Assembly: GCF_006345805.1 (NCBI RefSeq)
Contig: NC_043024.1
Span: 12,586,001-12,650,000, forward strand
DNA length: 64,000 nt
DNA from: Octopus sinensis
Lineage: Eukaryota
Reading direction: 5' to 3'
In this document: positions 11,483-22,110 of the stretch, piece after piece
How the letters are laid out: the number at the start of each line of letters is the position of its first letter
How positions within the stretch are numbered: the first letter of the stretch is position 1
Notes under the pieces: generated by a model
What the model was told of the DNA's origin: nothing
The model's database searches: none
What the model saw: the letters and a program-made list of their open reading frames with translations, nothing else
Position numbers and translations under genes: made by a program

Positions 11483-12026
11483 ACAAACATGCTCCCTCTC
11501 TCTCGCATCTTTGCGACTGCAACAAAAAGCAATCCTTTTGGCAACTCTCCACTTACAAACAATCAATAACCATCGTCTCTCAGTAGCTCACGTTCCTCTC
11601 CATGTCTCTTCTACCGCTACTAGAACGTTCCCTGCTCCATACTACCTGTTTATCCTCTCTGGTTTATAGTTGCTCATGGACTCGCATCTCTTACTTGGCG
11701 CCTCAATGGCCTCCATTGTCTCACGAAGACACAATTCCCTACCAAAACAACTTTCGCAATCATTCCTTCTGTTATTGAAGAATTAATTATTATAGAAAAA
11801 CTTCGCGGAGAGAAAATACAAAATAAACAACAATAACAACGTTCTTTTTCTAATTAAAATATGCAAAATAAAAATTACAGTTCAAAATCAATTATGTTCC
11901 TTGTAATTATTGTCTAATGAAAATTTTAATGATATTATTAGATGTCCCGATATAGTAGTGTATGCTCTAAACATACGTACACAATCATACACACAAACAC
12001 ACACACGTACACACGCGAGCGCGCCC

Positions 12027-12065
<39 letters not shown>

Positions 12066-12180
12066 TATGTATATAGACACATCATATTATATATATGAAA
12101 ATACTTATAAGTATATGCATAAACGTATATTATATACGTATATGTGGTTGTGTGTGTGCGTACGTATGTATGTATATATA

Positions 12181-12226
<46 letters not shown>

Positions 12227-12308
12227 TGTGCACTGTTGGCTATTAAATATCTTGCTTAGATTAACAATGATCGGATGCCTTCAAATTACGTATCTTTAGC
12301 TGCTGCTG

Positions 12309-12309
<1 letters not shown>

Positions 12310-12350
<41 letters not shown>

Positions 12351-13790
12351 ACAACCTACTACTCCTACGTATAGAATCGTCTGACGGTGAAGCAGATTAT
12401 TTTCTCGCTTCTTCCGTTTTCGCCTGTTGACGTGAGTCAAGAGTATTTCTCGGCGGAGTAGAATACGTAAGCGCCGGCCTGCATCACCATAGCAACGTAC
12501 ACGGCTATCTAGGATACATAGAATCCCTATGGCTATCAGTACACTGAATATTATCCCAGGTCCGTCAGCTATGCCATACGCTGAAAATCCACATCGTTCG
12601 CCAACATGACTCAACTTTAAGTTTAATATCCAAACTCATCTCAACTTGTCGCAAAATTCAAAGTTCCTCTCTTGAAAGCAGACATATTTCTCATATCTGA
12701 TGGGAAACAAGAGACGGCACTAATGAGTGGACAAGCCACATGGCTAATAGCCTATCCTTCTATGTCTTTAGCTATCCCGGATAACATCAGGATTAAAGTC
12801 TTGTCACATAATCAGAGACTTGGACACAGCTGGCTTGTACGAGTGTAGTCGCTCGAAATCTCTGCATACAGGACGCCAGTTGGTCTCAAAGGTCAGCAGG
12901 AGAGAATGTGTACCGTATCGGGGCCTAACTCTCCCTGAGTCTAGAGTGTACTAGCCCCATTCACTGATGTGGGGCCTCACCTACTGGATCTACTGATTTA
13001 TGTAATCTTAAATTCATTTCGGGGTCATCATCTCCATTCAAAAATGGAGATCTGATTTGTCGTACGGACAAATATGTCCTTCCCTCACCCCACACATCAC
13101 TTCTCCAGGTTTCCGCATTATTTTTCTGTCATATTCAGAAGTTAGCCTTCTCAACTCTTATCTCGATCTCTTTCAAAATGGTGTTCGCTGGACGATGATT
13201 GATGCCATTTGATAGCAGCCATCATCTCAGTCCGATTTCAATAAAACCCATACATCCAATTTCAGCAAAAAAGTGTATTGCACTCCAGCCAGCGTCTGTA
13301 CAGTCTCCTTGTGGACTTTCATAACGCTTGACTACCAGAGTAGCTCCTATATTGTCTTCATGTGGAACAATTCGACAAGATGACCTATATTGCGTCCTCA
13401 CACCATATTGTCATAAAAGGCTTCGTCTTTCTAGGCATTCGAAAAAGGAATTTCAAAGAACAGCTGCTCCCTCCCAAACTAGATCCCATTTTTCGTCGTT
13501 TACGGCTTTCTCCTTCTGTATTGGGTGATCATCTTTATTTTGTTGAAATAATGTGATAAACCATTTCCTGGCAGTCTTATGCGGTTCCTTCCTTTCATTG
13601 ATAATTTCCATTTGCTTCTTAGCAGCAATATCAAGCGAATTCTGAAGACCGAATTTTGTTTCCACATATACCTTTCTAGCGCCATTGAAGAATTAGAAAG
13701 AATACGCTTTCGCGTACCAACTTTCCTGCATCTACATTTGACAATAATGGACGTAATGTGCAGCTAATTGAAGATGTTCCTTCCTACTGA
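12310..13790 (-). mobile_element. 5'-truncated, decayed HERO/NeSL-group non-LTR retrotransposon (zinc-knuckle remnant + REL endonuclease + long 3' UTR + (TAG)n tail)
   Basis: Minus-strand motifs KCRCRKVGTRKRILS..ALERYMWKQNSV (about 13730-13648), VPHEDNI (13368-13348), KRYE, EIGCMGF (13263-13243) and EKANF*I*QK correspond to C.CG..GTL.HILS, RY.WRHN.VL, VPWEENI, EVGCRGF and EKASRWLW.K. Multiple stops and frameshifts. Confidence 0.8.
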
Positions 13791-14053
13791 ACAATCAGGA
13801 CAGTTCAATATACTTGTGTGTATATTTGTGTTTCACCATATACGTGATTGTGTGTGTTTGTGTATGTGTATGTGCACACAATTGGATGTTGACCCACAAC
13901 GGACCATCAGGGGAACATTTTTACTTCACGTTACAGAAATCAAAAGCTTACATGTCTAATATACTCACACACGCACAGGCACATATGTATGTATATATGT
14001 ATATCTATCTACCTGTCTGTATGTCTGTGTGTGCCTGTCTGTCTGTCTGTCTG

Positions 14054-14084
<31 letters not shown>

Positions 14085-14174
14085 TTACCTACCTACCTAT
14101 CTATCTATGTACCTATGTATGTATGTATGTATGTATGTATGCATGCATGTGTGTGTGTACCTATCTAGCTAGCT

Positions 14175-14243
<69 letters not shown>

Positions 14244-15493
14244 TGCGCGTGTGTATGCTTGTATGATATACAGCCCAAATAGTTTAATATATCCTCAATA
14301 TTCTTTGACGATAACGAAAGAAATACTTCAGAAATTTCTTTAACGAAATCAAAGAAATAAAAACGAAGAAAATCACTTAAAAGATAACAACGTCAAATAC
14401 AAAATAAATAAATAAATAAACATTGAAAAAAACAACAACAACAACAGTAAATAAAAGCAAAACAATTGAAAAGAGAAAGTATGAAATGAAGCAAATATAT
14501 TCCCACGTCATTGTAATGTTAATTTCAGCAGTGAAACTTGCACAGAATATATAATTGGCAGCAAAGGAGCGGCCTGCTGCCCTCTCTAGCTTTCCTTTAA
14601 AGTCATTTGAAAATCAGTCATTGACTAACGTGGTTGGTGTTGGTCGCTCGGTGAACGTGTATTTACACACACACACGTTTATATATATATATATATTGTT
14701 GGTGTTGTTGTTATTACCTGACGCTCAACAATCAATATATCGGATATGATAAAATATCCAATAACAACAACAACGACAACAACAGTGATAACAAAATTCA
14801 AGCAACAAGTATTTAAAATAAAGTTTCGTCTACTTCCTCTCAGCAAAAAGATAAATATACCAACGAAAAAGAAAACAGAGCTTAAATCACACAATCTTTC
14901 AACGAAAGTCTACTATCACCGTGGGCCAAAAGAAGTAACTGTTTTCTTTAACCAAACATCTTTATTTTTATTGCTTTTTTCCTTATTTTTTTTATTCTTA
15001 GATAAATTCGCCCTTTGGTATATAACAATTTTTTAAAAGAAATTATTAAAAAAAATTCCTTCTTACTGAAAACATAAGAATTTTTGATGTTCTAAGAATT
15101 TCCTGGAGGTAACAGATTTCGTGATATCATTATTATTACTATTACTATTATTATTATTATTATTATTATTATCATCATATTTGCTGCGGAATACATAATT
15201 TATATTTTCGAACACACTGCGTAAATCTTGTATAAAATCATTGTTTTCATTCGTTTCGTGGTGTCCATTTGTTTGCAAATGTTTTGTTATAATATATTAT
15301 TAAGAGCACCAGGAACCGTTTGACTGGCGCTCTGTGCTTATTTTGCCTCATAAGCGTAATATTTTCCCTTCCCCAAAATAATTGTCAAAATGATTTTTTA
15401 AATTCACAGAAAGATAAAGAGATGCAACTTCTTAATTTTTACAGTTTACTTAGACACAATACTAAATCAGTGTGTTATTATCTTTTATGTAAT

Positions 15494-15683
15494 AAGGCAA
15501 CTAACTGGCAGAACCGTTAGTATTCCAGGCGAAATGCTTAGCGTCTGTCTTTAAGTTCTGGGTTCTAATTCCGCCAAGATCGACTTTACCTTTCATCCTT
15601 ACGGGGTCAATTAAATATACACCAGTTGCATACTGGGGCTTATCCCTGCTCCGAAGTTGCTAGCCTTGTGCAAACGATTTGAA
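15494..15683 (+). mobile_element. SINE family C, diverged
   Basis: CTGGCAGAACCGTTAG...CCTTTCATCCTTACGGGGTC. Confidence 0.8.
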
Positions 15684-15816
15684 ATTGGTAATTAGTGTGC
15701 TATTATTATTTATGTAATAGTATTTGGTGTTAGGTATATTACAGGCTGTCTGCAAGTCTGTCTCTACTCTGTACTAAAATTCCATATTATTTTCACATTG
15801 CTTATTTTCCACGTAG

Positions 15817-15912
15817 GTGGGACTTTATACGAGAATCAACGAGATTTCTTTCTTGGCTTAATAAACAATCGGTGGTTAGGTGTACATAGAGCTTTGCTAC
15901 GTCGTTGTGATT
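15817..15912 (+). CDS. Coding exon (96 nt, phase 1-1) of an unrecognised membrane protein: xGTLYENQRDFFLGLINNRWLGVHRALLRRCD
   Basis: Acceptor TTATTTTCCACGTAG; donor T|GTAAGA; open frame; joins in frame to exon 16149 across a 236-nt intron. Confidence 0.65.
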
Positions 15913-16148
15913 GTAAGAATAAAATTTTGTTGGAGCAAGTGTAGGACATTTCGGTATAATGTGATATATTGTCTCTAGAAAGGCTTCAAACGGGCCACAT
16001 TTATCATTAACTTTGTAGTGACAGGCGTATGTCTCGTTTGTTTCTGTTTTCCATTGTGACTTCAGCTGTTCAAAGACGAAACAAATTCGTTGTGGGAATT
16101 TTGTTTCTCTATATGTGATCAACTTGCTACCCTTTTTTTCTATCGCAG

Positions 16149-16270
16149 TCAACGAGAGACCAGATCAGGCGTTTTGTGAATTAGAATGGCAATGGGCAAC
16201 ATCAATAACTGCCTTCTTATATTGTGCCCTGACACTCTGGAGCATCCTTTATTTCGTGGATCCACAGAAG
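16149..16270 (+). CDS. Coding exon (122 nt, phase 1-0): FNERPDQAFCELEWQWATSITAFLYCALTLWSILYFVDPQK, one predicted TM helix
   Basis: Acceptor CCCTTTTTTTCTATCGCAG; donor AAG|GTGAGA; open frame; 22-residue hydrophobic stretch. Confidence 0.7.
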
Positions 16271-16410
16271 GTGAGAGTCAGATTTATCGTTTGGATGTGG
16301 TGTGTTTTAAAATACATTTCTCGCATTACAATCTACAGAATTCTGTTATGTAAGAGGAACAAAGAAAACGTGATCGATATAGCGCTTTGTATAATGTACA
16401 CGTGCTTCAG

Positions 16411-16604
16411 AAAGCCGACCATCTTAAAATGACTTGGGCCGGGAGGCTCTGTTACGCGACAAAAGGAAGCTGGCTCACTACGTCAACATTATTGACAAAA
16501 ATACAGCAGAAAGAAAGATGCTGGCCTTTATGTACCCCAGCATCGAAATAGATACATTTAGGTCGTATGAGAAAAGAATGGAATACAGGGAGAAAGAATT
16601 GTAA
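16411..16604 (+). CDS. Probable terminal coding exon: ...ALLRDKRKLAHYVNIIDKNTAERKMLAFMYPSIEIDTFRSYEKRMEYREKEL*; acceptor uncertain (16411 with a 1-nt frame conflict, or 16446)
   Basis: Stop-free protein-like frame 16428-16604 in unique sequence, 140-175 nt after the 16270 donor. Confidence 0.5.
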
Positions 16605-17345
16605 CGTTTATCTACCGCACCCAAATCTTTTGATAACGAGGCGTGTCTTCCGGTGTAGCTTTTGGATACCCCCCCCCCCACACACAGAGAAATATATATA
16701 GATAAATAAATAGATAGATACATAGATAATATATTAGCCCAACCCGGCTGTAAAGTACATGGTCTGACAGAGGAGCAGATAGATATCTAAATATAAACAA
16801 ATCAATATGGCTGCTGTCTTAATTCCAGAACAAGATCTTCGTGACTGGGTTTAAAAACCGATGTTTATAAGAGAGAGAGTTGAAAAATAATGTATGAGTG
16901 TGTATGTGTATATATATATATTATATACTTGTTTGTATTTATGTATGGATACGTGTGTTTGTGTATATGTTTGTAACGTGTGATTTCTACAGAATAGTAG
17001 TATACTTGGAGTAATCACGTGAGTGATAAAGTCTCCAAGAGCTCTTCTTTAATGAAACACTGTAAAGTCTATGAGAGCAGTGACGGTTAATTGGTACACG
17101 TTATAAACTAAGGCCTAATGAATAAATATTCATTATATCTATAATTAAAAATAAATAACATTATGAACAAGTATGTGTGTTTATGGATAATATGACTGTA
17201 TATATATTTGCGTATGTATATAAATGTATGTGTTTATGTATATGTATATATCTAAATGTACATATGTATGTATGTGTTAATGTATGTATACATATATATA
17301 TACATACATACACACACACACATAACACACACACATATATATATG

Positions 17346-17500
17346 TTGGTGTGTTTACGCCCCCGTAACCTAGCGGTTCGGCAAAAGAGACCGACAGAGT
17401 AAGTACTAGGCTTACAAAGGATAAGTTCAGGGATCGATTTTGCTCGACTAAAGGTGATGCTCCAGCATGGGTACAGTCAAGTGACGGAAACAATTAAGAT
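17346..17500 (+). mobile_element. SINE family A 3' half
   Basis: TAGCGGTTCGGCAAAAGAGACCGA...CTCCAGCATGG...GGAAACAA. Confidence 0.85.
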
Positions 17501-17524
17501 ATAACTTCGTAACGTCTGTCACTT

Positions 17525-17566
17525 CTCGGATTCTCTGAATCCGAGCAACGCCGGGCAGCGCTATTA
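17525..17566 (+). mobile_element. Helitron-type 3' terminus remnant preceded by a 9-bp hairpin
   Basis: CCGAGCAACGCCGGG matches the 3' hairpin of the Helitron at 60005-60020. Confidence 0.5.
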
Positions 17567-18131
17567 GAATGCACGTGTCCGTGTGTGTATGTGTTTGTGG
17601 GTATGTATGTGTATACAGTTACGTGCAGTCACAGTATGTATGCATTAGTAAGCAGGTAGCTAAACAAAGAACATAGTCTACCAACTTTAGAATCCGGAAT
17701 ATTCCCTGGCAACGTCCAAACAGCGAAATTATGCCTAAAGAATTCAAGAGATTTTGAAATGTTTTTGGCAATGTTCCCAGATAATCTCTGGCTAATCCCA
17801 AGATATAAGCTTCCTTGGAGAAATGTTGACTGCTTCCTGTAAGTATGTATTATGATATACATACATACATACATCCGCACTTATGTGTGTGTGTATACAT
17901 TCATACATATATATATATGCGTCCGTACACACATGTATATATGATAATATAATATATGAATATAAATTTAAATATATTTATGAATATGTATACACACATA
18001 TACACACACTCATGCACACACATATATAAATGTACGAATGTCTGTGTGATTGCGTGCAAATATACACGTGCATCGGTAAATATATATATATATATATACA
18101 TATACACCCTTGCACAAAAATTACATACGCA

Positions 18132-18171
<40 letters not shown>

Positions 18172-18175
<4 letters not shown>

Positions 18176-18370
18176 AAATAAATAGTAAATCCCAAAAAGT
18201 AGAACAAACACAAAAAAAACACAACAAGGCAAGGACGTAGTACATGTAAAGTATTAGCAGACGCTCAGGGAAAGAAATAAAGATGATTTAACGTTTCGAG
18301 CAGATGCTCTTCTTCGGAAACAGAGGAAAATCCAACAGAAGGGAAGACAGAGGAAGAAAATCGCCAACGT
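18172..18370 (-). mobile_element. Short Penelope-like element (family X) with a variant hammerhead
   Basis: Homologous to 62537-62735 and 55367-55487; abuts (TA)n. Confidence 0.75.
18286..18321 (-). ncRNA. Minimal hammerhead variant (core CCGAAGA)
   Basis: GUUU CCGAAGA A GAGC-AUCU-GCUC GAAA CG UU AAAU. Confidence 0.6.
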
Positions 18371-18439
18371 TTCATATTGAAGAAAGAAACCTAGCTGTTT
18401 CTTGTAATACATACTAATACATACATTTAATGCAAATGT

Positions 18440-18537
18440 TTTTCAGGGGCCCTTAAAATACAATTGTAGATCCCCACTTTACTACTTCGTTGCGTGGGCC
18501 CCAAAAACCTTATATCGACCCTGGTTGAGAACCACTG
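18440..18537. mobile_element. hAT-type MITE end (TIR GGTTGAGAACCACTG, 18523-18537)
   Basis: Reverse complement CAGTGGTTCTCAACC is a typical hAT/Charlie MITE terminus. Confidence 0.6.
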
Positions 18538-18539
18538 GT

Positions 18540-18602
18540 GTAAACCCCGACCCAGATTTAGTGAAGACCATCATCGCTGATGATGAGACATGGGCTTATG
18601 GT
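18540..18602 (+). pseudogene. Mariner transposase fragment around the first catalytic Asp (NPDPDLVKTIIADDETWAYG)
   Basis: Resembles the mariner motif DPDFL..IITGDETWVY.Y. Confidence 0.6.
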
Positions 18603-18674
18603 GTCTGCTCGATGGCTTCGGTCACCTTGTGGAAAACTGGAAATCCGCCGTACACGCTGTACTCTCGGCATAAA

Positions 18675-18752
18675 AGTCGGGAACGTAACAGCAGACGAAA
18701 TACCGCTAAGCATTTCGCCCGGCTGCTAACGTTTCTGCCAGCTCGCCGCTTT
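18675..18752 (-). mobile_element. SINE family C head
   Basis: AAATACCGCTAAGCATTTCGCCCGG...TTTCTGCCAGCTCGCCGC. Confidence 0.85.
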
Positions 18753-18870
18753 TTCTGTTATTGTACCAATTCTATCAACCTATTACCATTGAAAGAACGG
18801 GTATTGTTGGTAAGGCTCTTCGACTAGAAGAAGCGTGTCAAACAGAGATTCGGTGGCAGATAGATATGTT

Positions 18871-18901
<31 letters not shown>

Positions 18902-18974
18902 GTATAAATATATGAATATATACATACATATATGTACATACCTACATATATATATTTATATATACATGTATATA

Positions 18975-19250
18975 TGGGTACAGGACATAAAAAAACGTAA
19001 ACAAAATGATAAACGAGAACATAAACGCAAAAACATAGAAAACGAAGTTTTTTCGAACAACGAAAGAAACAAACAAACAAAGAAACGAGACAGAAAACAT
19101 AAAAGAACATTCCCTTCCTCAGTTGTCCGCTGTTTTATCTACTCCGCGTTACGAAGGTAATGACAAGACGCGACTTCTTCAAAGCAGTCCTTCCCGCAAT
19201 GCAAATTAAATAAAATTTGGGATTTTTTGCAGAGGGTGAAAGTGGTAACG
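18975..19250 (-). mobile_element. Unclassified repeat family Z (homologue at 41555-41830, + strand)
   Basis: Shares AAATTTTATTTAATTTGC, AAAACAGC..AACTGA(T/G)GAAGGG and TTTATGTT with the 41.6-kb copy. Confidence 0.65.
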
Positions 19251-19638
19251 AAAACAGGACAGTGAGAACAAAACAGTAAAACCAAACGGTGAGGGCTGTT
19301 AAGCCCAGACGATGTGAAGTGGTGAACGCGATGTAGATATGCTTGTAAATGAAGTATGAAATGGTTTATCAGCCGAGATTTAGTCTTTTGTACTTCCAAG
19401 GTTTCTCAAGTAGACTAACTTCCATGAATTCGGATCGATTCAAAGAACAGTTCTTCCTTCGTTCCCTGGTATCCATGTAAGATAGCCACATGTGCAGCGA
19501 CGGTCATGCGGTGGCAGACTCTTCACAGCGACGGACAAGATGCCTTTTATTATTCTTGGGTATTTACCTTCTGAGAATAAATCCCGCCAGGATCCGGATG
19601 ACACCTAATCTATCTGCTGTCATAAAAATAGAATACCT

Positions 19639-19854
19639 ATTTCTTTATTACCCACAAGGGAGACAAACAAGGACAGACATAGGTATTAAGTCGATTACAT
19701 CGACCCCAGTGCGTAACTGGTACTTAATTTATCGACCCCGAAAGGATGAAAGGCAAAGTCGACATCGGCGGAATTTGAACTCACAACGTAACGCAGATGA
19801 AATACCGCTAAGCATTTCGCCCGGCCTGCTAACGTTTCTGCCAGCTCGCCGCCT
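19639..19854 (-). mobile_element. SINE family C, full length
   Basis: Reverse complement of the 58239-58471 copy. Confidence 0.9.
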
Positions 19855-20274
19855 GGCAGAATACCAGTAAGACACTGGGGTGGATTACATCTATTAAACT
19901 CTCTGCTTCTATAAAATCAAACGTCGCCAAAACATTGTACTCCGATGAGAAACCAATATGGCTGAGGTTAAGACGATCAACATTTCCTTACGCTTGGTTC
20001 GGGGCCAAGTTGGGCAACGGGAGTTTCGGGCGGAGGAGGATTTGTCAATGAAGAGAATCCCAATAGCTCGACATTTATTTTATTGATCGCAGCTGAAGAT
20101 GAAAAGCTTAGAGGGGATCCCCATGTGGGAGGGGGGTTCCGACAAAGATTATCAGAGAACGAAAGTAAATATTGGCAGGTATTAAAGGAGGAAGAGGAGG
20201 GGGGGGGCTTGAGATTTCCGACAACTGTTCACGCTCTAAAAGGGTTATATTATGTGTGTGTTTGAAGAGAGAGA

Positions 20275-20490
20275 TAGAGAGGGAGAGGGGAGGGAGAGAA
20301 AGAGAGAGTGAGGGGGAGAGAGAAAGAGAGAGTGAGGGGGAGAGAGAAAGAGAGAGTGAGGGGGAGAGAGAAAGAGAGAGTGAGAGAGAAAGTGAGTGAG
20401 TGAAAGAGAGGGCGGGGAGGGAGGGAAAGAAAGAGAGGGGAGGGAAATGGAGAGAAAGGGAGAGAGGGGAGAGAGGGGAGAGAGTGACTG
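20275..20490. repeat. Polypurine GA-rich tract with a ~22-bp unit (GGGAGAGAGAAAGAGAGAGTGA)
   Basis: Direct observation. Confidence 0.9.
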
Positions 20491-20824
20491 AATGAGAAAG
20501 TTAACTCGCTAAAGAGATGTAGATGCTGAAACAGAAAGAAGTGGACCTGAGGAGTGTATACACACCCACACACACACACACATACATAACATGTATATAT
20601 ATACATTTATATATGGATGTATATCTATATGGATATACATATCTGCTACATCAATATATATTGTGAGAGAAGGAGGGAGAGAAGGCGGGGGAGGTAATCT
20701 GTTGAAGAGATAAACAGGTAAATTGGTGGATTCCCAGGTAGGTTTGGATGGGGAGAGGGTGATCGGTCTGTAGATGAGTGGGAAAGCGGATGTGTGCTTG
20801 TGCGTGTGCATATATACATGCACA

Positions 20825-20859
<35 letters not shown>

Positions 20860-21174
20860 GTGTGTGTGTGTGTGTATAGGTATATTGACAGAGTTGGTAA
20901 ATATGTAGTTCTATACTTCTCCTTAAATACGGATAAAGAGATGAATGGTTCCCCAGGAAGCCGAGTAGTCAGGTAGGCTGTTGTTAACTTCCTGGCTATG
21001 AATAGGGAAAGAGATGGATATAAGTATTCATTGGTTCATAGAATACGTTATTTTGCTCTTCTATTTTTCTATGTGTTTCAGTCCAGAGGATGTGGCCATA
21101 CTGGGACGCCGCCAGTGTGATCACCTTTACAATGGCCATTCTAACATTCTAACACACACACGCACACAAACACA

Positions 21175-21253
<79 letters not shown>

Positions 21254-21258
<5 letters not shown>

Positions 21259-21542
21259 CTAGTGGTTAGGGCAGCGGACTCGCGGTCGTAGGATCACGGT
21301 TTCGATTCCCAGACCGAGCGTTGTGAGTGTTTATTGAGCAAAAACACCTAAAGCTCCACGAGGCTCCAGCAGGGGGTGGTGGCGATCCCTGCTGTACTCT
21401 TTCGCCACTTTCTCTCACTCTTTCTTCTGTTGGCCTGCTCGCTTAGCCAGCGGGGTTGCGTCATTTGAAGGCTAAAACAATGCGAAGCGCATTGTGATCA
21501 GTGATGTGTAACAACATCTGATAGCCTGGTCGGTCACGGTGA
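21254..21542 (+). mobile_element. SINE family B head/body with alternative tail T2, inside (TA)n
   Basis: A-box TGGCCTAGTGG, B-box GTTTCGATTCC; body matches 33581 and the tail does not. Confidence 0.9.
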
Positions 21543-21789
21543 TATATATATATATGGAGAGAGATCATTTATTAATGTGTTAATGCTCTATATGTTACAT
21601 GAAAAGGCATCGTCCATAATCCATAAGACTCTGCAGACATCGGAACATTTTCAAATTCTTTCAGTTCCGAAGAAAACTATTTGTTTTACATTTTCTGACT
21701 CTTTGTAAGGGAATTTTCAAATGTAGGATTTTACTCGATGTTACAGTCGCTGGTTTATCAAGCTATCTGCTCTAATTTTAAAGATACAT

Positions 21790-22060
21790 ACATACAAGTG
21801 TGTGTGTACGTATGTGTGTATGTATGTGATTATGTATGTATGTATGTACGTACGTACGTACGTATGTATGTACGTATGTATGTGTATGTATGTATGTATG
21901 TGAGTATGTATGTATATATGTATGTATGTGTGTATGTATGTACGTATGTATGTGTGTATGTATGTATATATGTATGTATGTGATTATGTATGTATGTATG
22001 TATGTACGTATGTATATATGTACGTATGTATGTGTGTATGTATGTATGTGAGTATGTATG

Positions 22061-22094
<34 letters not shown>

Positions 22095-22110
22095 TGTACG
22101 CGTGTGTGTA
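21790..22110. repeat. (TATG)n compound tetranucleotide array
   Basis: Direct observation. Confidence 0.95.

Noticed and set aside
15802-16152. 116-aa minus-strand ORF (MTAIEKKG...)
   Set aside because: It overlaps + strand exons with strong splice signals and has no recognisable motif; treated as an antisense shadow.
16420-16432. Programmed -1 ribosomal frameshift at CTTAAAAT
   Set aside because: Not an X-XXY-YYZ heptamer in frame and no evident downstream stimulator; an assembly error or alternative acceptor is simpler.
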